Assembly (NCBI GenBank): GCA_963845065.1
Contig: CAWJQQ010000009.1
Location: forward strand, 256,001 to 320,000
Direction of reading: 5' to 3'
Origin: Nitrospirota bacterium
Lineage (GTDB): Bacteria > Nitrospirota > UBA9217
DNA: 64,000 nucleotides
The notes under the pieces were generated by a model. That model was not told the DNA's origin, made no database searches, and saw only the letters and a program-made list of their open reading frames with translations. Below are positions 53,401-62,009 of the stretch, one piece after another. The position numbers were made by a program, and so were the translations under genes. How positions within the stretch are numbered: position 1 is the first letter of the stretch; the number at the start of each line of letters is the position of its first letter.

Positions 53401-53572
53401 AATAAACAACTTAACGCTTTTCACCATGGCTGTCAAATGCAAACGATTATTCGAGGGGAACCTGGCAGCACAGAGCCATGGAGCAACGATAAATCTTGAT
53501 AGTTGACATTTTTTGTGGCGTGCTGGTAAAATTACTGCAATAGGGCAAGCAAAGTCGCTAGGAGTTAATGTC

Positions 53573-53989
53573 ATGGAATGGACGGAAACATTGGCCACGG
53601 GTATCAAGACGATTGACAGCCAGCATCAAGAGCTGTTCAAGAGGATCAATAACCTTGTTCTCGCAATCAAAGAACATCGTTGCAAGGCAGAGATCGACAC
53701 CACCTTGAAATTTCTCGACGATTACGCGCGAATCCATTTTGCCGAAGAAGAAAAGTACATGCGTGAAACGAACTACACCGGCCTGCTGAAGCAGCGCGAG
53801 GACCATAAGAAATATCTCTCTGCATTGGCAGAACTCAAGGTGCAGGCTTCCCAACCCCGCATTCAGGGCAGCACGTACGATCTGTCGGCGACAACGAACC
53901 AGGTGGTTGTTGACTGGATAGTGGACCACATCATGAAATTGGACATGAAATTCGGCGAGTTTCTAAAAATGCAAGGGAAAGAGCACTAG
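53573..53989 (+). CDS. Bacteriohemerythrin
   Basis: WTETLATGIKTIDSQHQEL, HFAEEE, WIVDHIMKLD. Confidence 0.92.
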   Translation: MEWTETLATGIKTIDSQHQELFKRINNLVLAIKEHRCKAEIDTTLKFLDDYARIHFAEEEKYMRETNYTGLLKQREDHKKYLSALAELKVQASQPRIQGSTYDLSATTNQVVVDWIVDHIMKLDMKFGEFLKMQGKEH

Positions 53990-54421
53990 AAAGCTGAGAT
54001 GACAGTATTTCAGTTTGACTTTTTACCAAACTATCCGCAGAAAGCCCCTGGTTTTAACCATGGGGATGAATGCGGAAACTTTGTTTTTCGGCAATTAGTA
54101 GACAAATGTACATCTATGTGGTATATTTAAACAACCAATGCCGAATAAACCTAAAACCCCATCTTTTATCCACGAGTTTCAACTCGTAACAACCCCAAAA
54201 GACAATCGAATGCTTAATGTCCGACTCGAAGCTGGTCGTTATCTATATAATGCCTGTCTTGGTGAAGCGATGAAACGTCTTGCCGCCATGCGTAGCTCTA
54301 AAAAATGGCGTTCAGCGATCAAGAAGAAAAAGAGCAGGCTACGCACTGATATGGTTGACAGTTGTCAAGAGGGAAAATAGTCTCCTGCCCCTTTTTTAAG
54401 GGTTCATAGTTTAAGTATAAT

Positions 54422-54613
54422 TCCAGGGCATAAGGAGGGACGGGGCCGACTTGTGCGACGTTTGATCACTCTGATATTCGCGGGTTTGACCGCAAGACCT
54501 TTCTTCGTCGCGGAGCTGCCTCGCTCTAAAAGCGGAAGTTCGGCATTGCCTTATTCCATAGTGCGGACGAGGATTCTCCGTAAACGTGGCCGCGTCCCCG
54601 CTTATGCCTTGGA
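54422..54613 (-). ncRNA. Predicted bridge/seek RNA of IS1111 copy B
   Basis: Closing stem TCCAAGGCATAAG/CTTATGCCCTGGA; two internal-loop arms bearing CGCACTA + TTTTAG (target) and AGGTCT + ATATCAG (donor). Confidence 0.8.
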
Positions 54614-54846
54614 GATTGTTTGATGTTAGCTGGCGTCCTCCTTTGGTTTTTTACTTTAGTCGTTTTCGTTTCCGCTTCCGGGCGTCTTCAAATTTTCGAT
54701 TCTGTTCTTTGAAAAATCTCGATGCTCCCGTTTTTACCTTTGAGGATCGATTTATTCTTTCACAAATGCCCCAGGATTGATTTTCCAGAGGCGGTCCATA
54801 CTGAGAGACCCCCTCAAGTTTTGTGTGACGCCTTGTTCTTTCATCT

Positions 54847-55959
54847 TTATGCGCTCTGAGGATTCACTTCCCGGGCAATTGCCCATATGAAGCCGCACAA
54901 TTCTCTGGCGATAGCTGTTACCACCTTGTTTCTAGACTTCCCTTTGGCCGTAAGCTTACGGAATCGTCCGCAGAGCCGCACTTGGGCTTTCCAAGAGACG
55001 TCGAGAATGTTTTTCGGCAACCCCTCTTGTCGTTTGAGGAGCACTCGGCTGACTCGGGCTGGGAAACTGTAAGCTTGAGCCGCTTCGATTAACGCGCGTC
55101 TAACGTGAGTGTTTCCGGTTTTGGTGATGCCCCCTCGTCTGGTGCTGTCTCCGCTGGAGTACTCGGAGGGAACCAGCCCTAGATATCCCATAAGATGCTT
55201 GGGATTTTTAAAACGGCCCAAGTCTCCAATCTCAGCCATGGTGGTCGCAGCAGTTACATCCGCTACACCGCGTAGCGATTGGATTGCACGTACGACAGGG
55301 GCCGTTCGGCATGTTGGAATGAGCTTTTGAATCTGCTCCGTTAGCCGGGAAACACGCGCAGAGCATTCCTGCACAGTGTTGATGTACTCTTGCAGCGTGA
55401 TCTGCTGAGCAGGGTGTGGCATCTTGATGTCCGACAGCCAACGCATGTGGGCTTGGGTCCATGCGGTTTCCCCAGAGTATCGGTGTCCATGCCGCAGAAG
55501 CATCGCGCCTAATCGCTGCCGAGCGGTGCGCTGGGCCTTAATTGCGTCTTCGCGGCCACGTGTCAGGTCTCGCATGGCTTCATCTTCTTCCTGGGGTACG
55601 TAAACAGGGGTCAGTTCTCCAGCCCGATACAGCCTTGCAAGACTTTGCGCGTCACGACGATCGGTTTTGACGCGATCGCCGCTTTTCTTGGGGATCAGCG
55701 AGGGTGCCACAACCGTGCATTTGTAACCTTTTTTGGTCAGATGGCGGTATATTTCATAACCGCATGGGCCGGCTTCATAGACAAAGTGCAGTTCCGTTCC
55801 TTTGCTTTCAAGCTTTCTAACCATTTTGTCCAATGACGACATGTCACTGCCAATCTTACCGTAGTAGCGAACCTCTTGATTGTCGTCGGTGTCTGCTGTT
55901 GCCACTGCTATTGAGTTTTTTGCTGAATCGAGACCTACTATTGTGATAGAATTCTTCAT
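54847..55959 (-). CDS. IS110-family DEDD transposase/recombinase
   Basis: Protein identical to 42498-43610. Confidence 0.95.
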   Translation of the reverse strand: MKNSITIVGLDSAKNSIAVATADTDDNQEVRYYGKIGSDMSSLDKMVRKLESKGTELHFVYEAGPCGYEIYRHLTKKGYKCTVVAPSLIPKKSGDRVKTDRRDAQSLARLYRAGELTPVYVPQEEDEAMRDLTRGREDAIKAQRTARQRLGAMLLRHGHRYSGETAWTQAHMRWLSDIKMPHPAQQITLQEYINTVQECSARVSRLTEQIQKLIPTCRTAPVVRAIQSLRGVADVTAATTMAEIGDLGRFKNPKHLMGYLGLVPSEYSSGDSTRRGGITKTGNTHVRRALIEAAQAYSFPARVSRVLLKRQEGLPKNILDVSWKAQVRLCGRFRKLTAKGKSRNKVVTAIARELCGFIWAIAREVNPQSA

Positions 55960-57453
55960 GACCTGTCTCCTTGTTTGTGGCTCTGTATTTGGATACCTAT
56001 TCCATCCAAGTATAACCCACGGTGACAAGGGGCAGGTCACTTTTCCAACTGTCAACCATTATGTCTAAAATGTTCAAGACAGCCAGAAACATAGCTGAAT
56101 ATACCGAATACCATCTCCATGATTATGTCGGGAGCCTCCGTAATTCGTGTTGGATCGGAGACCATATTGACAGCCTGGCCGCCCAAAAGATAGCGACCAG
56201 GTCGTTTGATGCCGTTGCTGACTACGAGTTCGGCAAGCATGGGAAACCACGGTTCAAGCGTCGCGGCTGGATGTCTTCGCTCGAAGGCAAAAACAACAAG
56301 TCTGGTATTCGGTGGTGCGATGACCATGTTGAATGGTCTGGACTTAGCCTTACCTGTGTCTTCGACAAAAAAGACAAGTTTGGCGTTCAGGCACATGCGC
56401 TTAGCCATGATGTTAAATATGTTCGTTTGGTGAAGAAAGCCATCTGCGGTAACGCCTGCTGGTTCGCCCAACTCGTGCTTAAAGGCACGGCCAGGATCAA
56501 GCGTGAGAACCAGATTGGCACCGAAACCGTTGGCCTTGATATTGGTCCATCCACGGGTGCTATCGTTAGCGATACCGATGCGTTGCTCGTAGCATTTTGT
56601 CCGGAAGTCGAGATTCCGTACAAACAAATCCGCGTGGTTCAGCGTAAGATGGCCAGAAGCCTGAGGGCTGCCAACCCGGACAACTACAACGAAGACGGCA
56701 TGACTAAGACTGGTGCCGGCAAGGGTAAAAAGCGGTGGATATTCTCTGCTAAATACCGTGCGCTTAAGGCTGAACTAGCCGAGCTACAGCGAGTTTTGGC
56801 TGAAACCAGAAAACGGGCACATGGCACGTTAGCCAATGAAATTCTTAAGCTCGGAACCAACATAAAGACCGAGAAACTGTCGTACAGAGCATTCCAGAAA
56901 CTCTATGGTAAAAGTATTTCAAGACGCGCTCCGGGGATGTTTATTTCGATGCTTCGCCGCAAAGCCGAAAACGCTGGCGGTAAAGTAACTGAATTTTCTA
57001 CCCGGAGCACAAAGCTTTCAGAGACATGCCACTGCGGGGAAGTCGCCAAAAAACCGCTATCCCAAAGATGGCATGACTGTAACTGCGGGGTAAACGCTCA
57101 ACGCGATCTCTACTCCGCATATCTTGCAAAATATGTTTTTGAAAATGTCCTCGACACGCGTCAAGCCGCAGCAGCTTGGCCGGGTGCAAACCTGCTCCTG
57201 GAACGGGCGGTGTTGAGGGTGCAGTTTGAAGCGGCAAATGGCCGGATTCATCCGGCCAGCTTCGGTATTAACAACATGAGAGCCAACACCACGAACCGGA
57301 GACAGAGTTGCTTGCCCGTTAAAAACGGATCAACGATAGTCGATGCCGGCAACCTCTGTATTGTTGCCGGAAAGCCTGTCGGTATTGCCGTTAGAGCCCC
57401 CTGTCTTTAGACATGGGGTAGGTCAGTGATCAACGCGTTTATCTGCCCGAAAG

Positions 57454-57482
57454 TAGACATGTATTCACTCATGTGATATAAT
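57454..57482 (+). promoter_or_regulatory. Orphan sigma70 promoter with LexA-like box
   Basis: TAGACA-N17-TATAAT with extended TG; TAGACATGTATTCA overlaps the -35. Confidence 0.45.
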
Positions 57483-57485
57483 GTT

Positions 57486-57800
57486 TATGTAGGCCCATTA
57501 ACCATGAGCCAATCAGGTGGAGTGATTGTTCCGGTTGCAATAAATGATAATACCAACCATGGATTTACCGCGGAGCAAAATAAAGCCTTGCCAAGAAAGA
57601 GATACGCCAAATACGGTACGAAATGCCAACCTCAATGCTTCCCTCATTATCAAGTAAAGAGGGATCAGGATGTTGGTAGCCGGTGAACTGTCGGTAAAAG
57701 GGAAAAAACGTCCCGAAAGGTTAAAGAAAAAGCAGCAGCAAGGTCAGGAACTGCCCGAAGTAACGTGCGGGAAGAAGGAAGTAAGCCACACGGATAGCCA
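57486..57800 (-). pseudogene. Possible decayed YdjM-like metal-dependent hydrolase (boundaries approximate)
   Basis: Fragments VPDL...VHRLPTS*SL and GTITPPDWLMVNG resemble the PDxD, HRxxTHS and GxxxHxxxD motifs; heavily degraded. Confidence 0.25.
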
Positions 57801-57934
57801 TGCTTTCAGATCGTGTCTGCATGTGAACTCTGGCCCGCCACTATAATCTTTCTCATGATTTAGTTGTGGGAAGAGTTCATAATCCTAGGACTTTGCTGTG
57901 GCTCCAAATACGGCCGGCTGATTAAATTTTCCCC

Positions 57935-57963
57935 TTGACGAATGAACAAATATTCACTATAAT
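57935..57963 (+). promoter_or_regulatory. sigma70 promoter with putative SOS box, driving hyp-dinB
   Basis: TTGACG-N17-TATAAT with palindrome TGAACAAATATTCA (57943-57956) in the spacer. Confidence 0.75.
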
Positions 57964-57969
57964 GGGACT

Positions 57970-58212
57970 ATGCTGGTTGAACTTGATGAGCCAATTTCAG
58001 TTGGAGCTGTGTTTTCGCGAGGCGAGATCAGGCCCGTATGGTTTACTCGCGGCAGGAGGCAGTTCCGTATCAACGAGATTGCCTTTACCTGGAAGACCCG
58101 GGAAGGGAAGGCGTGTATCCAACATTTTTCCGTAACCGACGGGAATGGTGTTTACGAGTTACAGTATAACACGGCAACGTTTGTCTGGAGGATCATGAAT
58201 GCAGATGGCTGA
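57970..58212 (+). CDS. Small dinB-associated hypothetical protein (DUF6504/YqjX-like)
   Basis: 80 aa, overlaps the dinB start; PVWF...W...HFSV...YEL...W pattern. Confidence 0.75.
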   Translation: MLVELDEPISVGAVFSRGEIRPVWFTRGRRQFRINEIAFTWKTREGKACIQHFSVTDGNGVYELQYNTATFVWRIMNADG

Positions 58213-59437
58213 ATGCAGAATTCGAAAAATTCTTCACATCGACATGAACGCCTTCTTCGCTTCCGTGGAGCAGCGGGCAAACCCGTCGCTGCGCGGCAAA
58301 ACCATGGCGGTGATCGGGTCCGTTCACCGGGGAGTGATCCTTTCGCCGTCATACGAAGCGCGGGCCTTCGGCGTGAAGACGGGCATGACCTACGGCGAGG
58401 CCATGCGGGCCTGCCCGGGTCTTCTCCTGGTGCCGGCGGATCCATCAAAATATTCTCATACCTGCGAGGAACTGCTGGGGATGTGGAAGGATTTCACTCC
58501 CCTGGTCGAGCTCTTTTCGATTGACGAGGCATTTCTCGATGTTACCGGTTGCGAGCGTCTGATCGGCGACCCTGTGCAGATAGCGATCCAGATCAAGGAA
58601 CGAATATGGCGGGAGAAGGGGCTCACGTGTTCGATCGGTATAGCACCCAACAAGCTCCTCGCCAAACTCGGAAGCGACATGCAGAAGCCGGATGGCCTTG
58701 TCCTCATCTCCCCGGAGGACGTGGCAGACGTGCTTGAAGACCTTTGTGTCAAGGAGATTTGTGGCATTGGTCCCAGTCTGACACAATGCCTTGCTACCAT
58801 GGGTATCCGAACGTGTGGTGAACTCGGACGCACCCCTCTCAGGAAATTAACGGCCCAGTTCGGGATCGTCGGCGAACGGCTTCGGGACATGGGATTAGGG
58901 ATCGATCATGACCCCGTCGTCCCGCTGGCACTGCAGCACGAGGAGGAAAGCAAATCCATAGGACACAGCATGACACTGATCGAGGATTGTTCAGATCTCG
59001 AGATGCTTGAACGTCATGTCCTCCAGCTATCCGAAAAAGTGGGCCGTCGGCTTCGGCGCGGGTCCTATCATGGGTACACGGTCTGCCTCACCATCCGGTA
59101 TGCCGATTTCCAGACTTTCACCCGGCAGCGGCGCCTTCGTCATGCCGTTAACAACGGCCTCGATATTTATTCTGCCATACGCGAATTACTACGCGGTATC
59201 CGGCTTGAGCAGACGGTACGACTCGTGGGTGTAAGCGTGTCCGGCTTGGCGCGCAACGTCGTGCAGATGCCGCTTTTCGGCGAGGATCGTAAGCGAACGT
59301 TCGTCACCGAGGCCATGGATGACATTAACGATCGATTTGGCGAGTTCACTATAACCTGGGGCACACTGGCAGACCGGTACCATCATGAACGGGTCATTTC
59401 CCCTGCTTGGCGGCCGACAGGGGACAGGCAGTATTGA
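58205..59437 (+). CDS. dinB: DNA polymerase IV
   Basis: HIDMNAFFASVE, SYEARAFG, SIDEAFLD, LAKLGSDMQKPDG. Confidence 0.95.
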   Translation: MAECRIRKILHIDMNAFFASVEQRANPSLRGKTMAVIGSVHRGVILSPSYEARAFGVKTGMTYGEAMRACPGLLLVPADPSKYSHTCEELLGMWKDFTPLVELFSIDEAFLDVTGCERLIGDPVQIAIQIKERIWREKGLTCSIGIAPNKLLAKLGSDMQKPDGLVLISPEDVADVLEDLCVKEICGIGPSLTQCLATMGIRTCGELGRTPLRKLTAQFGIVGERLRDMGLGIDHDPVVPLALQHEEESKSIGHSMTLIEDCSDLEMLERHVLQLSEKVGRRLRRGSYHGYTVCLTIRYADFQTFTRQRRLRHAVNNGLDIYSAIRELLRGIRLEQTVRLVGVSVSGLARNVVQMPLFGEDRKRTFVTEAMDDINDRFGEFTITWGTLADRYHHERVISPAWRPTGDRQY

Positions 59438-59784
59438 GCGAAAATGTTTGCCTCAGCGCGATGAACGAAGAGAGTTGAAATTATGGCATTCCATGGAGAG
59501 CGCGTTATAACTAAGCTCTGCTGAGAAGATATTATCAAAAGTTTTATGAAAACCAGAGAGGGCGTTGAGGAATGCCGCTTAAATGGCGTGCCTGATTCTT
59601 TAATAAGATACTCTCTATGCTCTCCTAGTTGATAGGTTAAGAGAAGGATTAGAAGCGCTGGTAATAAGGGGGCATAGAAGGGAGAACTGCCAGTGACGGT
59701 GTTTTTACTCCCGAATTCAATATGTTATCTGTTTTCCATGCTTGATAGTTTGACAATACGCCTGAGAAGAAAAGGAGATTCCCT

Positions 59785-60402
59785 ATGAAACGTAAAGTAA
59801 AAGTTACCGAGCGTCAACAGAAAGTCTACGAATTCATCCGTGAAACCATCGAGAAACGCGGTATTCCTCCCTCTATGCGGGAGATCGGCGACCAATTCGG
59901 CATCCACTCCACGAACGGCGTAGAGGGGCATCTGGTGGCATTGGAGCGGTACGGCCTCATTAAGCGCGAACGGGGAAAATCGCGCGGTATCATCTTGCCC
60001 GGTACGGCGCGGCCCACGGCTTCTGTGCCGCTCCTGGGGAGAGTTGCAGCGGGAACACCGGTTCTGTCACCCGAGAACCGTGAGGGTGATGTGAACGTAG
60101 ATCTTTCGCTTTTTTCCCTGCGGAGTGCCCGACAACTCTTTGCTCTCACCGTGAAAGGTGAGAGTATGGTGAATGCCCATATCCTGGACGGCGATACTCT
60201 TTTGGTCCGCACGCAGTCATCGGCGCAGAATGGCGAAATCGTTGTTGCGCTGGTGGACGGCGAGACAACGGTCAAACGGTTTTTTCTGGAAAAGAGCCGC
60301 GTCCGCTTGCAGCCGGAAAACAGCACGATGAAACCTATCTATCTTGAACGCGGAGAATTCCAGATCCTCGGCAAAGCTATGGGAGTGATAAGGAAACTGT
60401 AG
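59785..60402 (+). CDS. lexA: SOS repressor LexA
   Basis: PPSMREI...STNGVEGHL wHTH, VAAG cleavage site, GESM Ser, TVKR Lys. Confidence 0.96.
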   Translation: MKRKVKVTERQQKVYEFIRETIEKRGIPPSMREIGDQFGIHSTNGVEGHLVALERYGLIKRERGKSRGIILPGTARPTASVPLLGRVAAGTPVLSPENREGDVNVDLSLFSLRSARQLFALTVKGESMVNAHILDGDTLLVRTQSSAQNGEIVVALVDGETTVKRFFLEKSRVRLQPENSTMKPIYLERGEFQILGKAMGVIRKL

Positions 60403-60480
60403 TATTTCGGAAATGCAGGATTCGACTCCTGCTCTATTCATATATTTTATTTCTGTTCTTTTTGGCAATAGCTGCTTCAC

Positions 60481-60594
60481 GGGAACCAAATCTGTTGGTC
60501 TTGATATCGGCCCCTTCACTAATGCCGTTGTGTCTGACAACGACGCGCATCTGATGTTTCTTGCCCTGAGATCGATATCCCCGCTCATCGAATA
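60481..60594 (+). pseudogene. Relic RuvC-I fragment of the TTAC-family tnpB
   Basis: GTKSVGLDIGPFTNAVVSDNDAHL then (frameshift) CPEIDIPAHRI, compared with GTETVGLDIGPSTGAIVSDTDALL..CPEVEIP. Confidence 0.75.
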
Positions 60595-60600
60595 TGTCCA

Positions 60601-61874
60601 TTGACACTCCCCATGGATAAATCCAGGGGATTCTCAGGCAACGCCGACTGATGGCGTTAGCGCCTGACAGGCCTGCCCGGCCTGGAGAATATTGATGGAC
60701 GCGTTCAGGTCCCGGCCTACCACAAGACCGCAATAGGAGCATCGGTGAATTCGTACCGCAAGGGTCTTTGGTACTTTCTCACCACAGCTCGAACAAATCC
60801 GACTTGTACCCTGGGGCGCTACTTTGACCACGATCTGCCAGCTTCTTTCGCTTTGTAGGACAGCAGTTCAAAGAACTTTCCCCAGGACGCATCGGAAATG
60901 CTTTTAGAAAGATGAAAATTGTGGTTTTGGACCATGTTCGCAATCTTCAGGTCCAAAACCATGATCGTGCCGTAATCTTTGATGTAAGCGTTCGCGACTT
61001 TGTGAAGAAAATTTCGCCGTTGGTTGCTGGTCCTCTCGTAAGTTTTAGCGACCAAGACCTTAGCCTCGGATCTGTTTTTAGAACCCGACTGTCTCCGGGC
61101 AAGGGCTCGTTGCTGGCGCCCAAGTTTTATCCCGGATTTTTTGAAGTATGCGGGGCTTTTAACGAATGCCACCATCGGAATAGACACAGAAAGATTTAAT
61201 GCCAACATCGATGCCAACTTCGCGATCGCTCGTCGGCAGCTTCTTCTCCGGCACATTGTCGCTGGAGAAAGCGACGAGCCATTTGCCACTCGGCGTGCGT
61301 CGCACAGTGATTGTCTTGATATCGCCTTCGATCGGACGAGACAGGAAAAGCTTGAACCGCCCAACCCGGGCAATGGTGAGATATCGGCCAGCAAGCTTCC
61401 ATCCGGCTTGTTTCAGGGTGAACGAAGGGAAGCCGGCTTTTTGACTTTGACCTTTCAGTTTTACGCGCCGGAAGAACGATTTGTTAGGCTTTGTCCAAGC
61501 GCTCGAGGACGTCCTGCAGAACCTGGGATCCAACGGACTTGAACTCTGGATACGCTACTTTTAGTTCCGGGAGTTGATTGGTCTGGTCATAGACGCTGAT
61601 CGTTTTCCTGTCCTGCCGGTAGATGCTGATGCTCTGATCTAGCGCGGTGTTGTAAAGAGTGCGGCGGGTTTCTAGCCACTGGTTCGCATTTGTGGCTGTC
61701 TTGTAGTTTACTCGAGCCTCATACAGGAAAGTTTTTCGCATAGATTTATGGAATGCTGAAAGTTGAAGCCTGCATCCAAGGTATCGGAATATATTAAGAA
61801 AGTCAATTTACGGGTGGCGAAAGGCATGCCTTATAACCCTATGGTTGAAACCAAGGGTTTTACGTCACTATTTG
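60601..61874 (-). mobile_element. Second IS605/IS1341-type element (TTAT target, TCAA end)
   Basis: Minus strand TTAT|CAAATAGTGACGT-AAAA-CCCTTGGTTTCAACCATAGGG ... GAAT-CCCCTGGATTTATCCATGGGG-AGTG-TCAA. Confidence 0.9.
60634..61741 (-). pseudogene. tnpB: Frameshifted tnpB
   Basis: Four frame fragments: RTLYN HTH, VGIDVG, IMVLDL (RuvC-II Glu lost), CSSCG..CSYCG..RDLNASINI. Confidence 0.9.
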
Positions 61875-62009
61875 ATAAAGCCGATAAAATCCTAGAAAAA
61901 CGATGTGAAAGGTCAGATGGTGGTCCACACGATAATAAAAGTAGAATTTTTGTTTGATTTTGTATAATTACGATGTTATTATAACGTTCATTTGTTGAAA
62001 GAAGATCCT

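Larger units (their letters stand above)
54348..56066 (-). mobile_element. IS110-family, IS1111-group element, copy B (1719 bp)
   Basis: CT core at 54346-54347 and 56065-56066; IR at 54351-54364 / 56046-56059; about 500-bp non-coding right end. Confidence 0.95.
54138..57410 (+). pseudogene. tnpB: tnpB interrupted only by IS1111 (54138-54347 + 56067-57410)
   Basis: Rejoins in frame to 517 aa with all RuvC residues. Confidence 0.92.
54027..57426 (+). mobile_element. tnpB-only IS605-family element, copy 4, carrying IS1111
   Basis: TTAC at 54023-54026; RE GAGC-hairpin-TAGG-TCAG ending at 57426. Confidence 0.95.

Noticed and set aside
54586..54780. 64-aa ORF (also 42237-42431) and short minus-strand ORFs in the IS1111 right end
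   Set aside because: No convincing RBS or domain; the region is better explained as structured non-coding RNA and spacer.
59640..59784. Autoregulatory LexA box directly upstream of lexA
   Set aside because: The best candidate, TTGATAGTTTGACA, has too many mismatches to the proposed motif.
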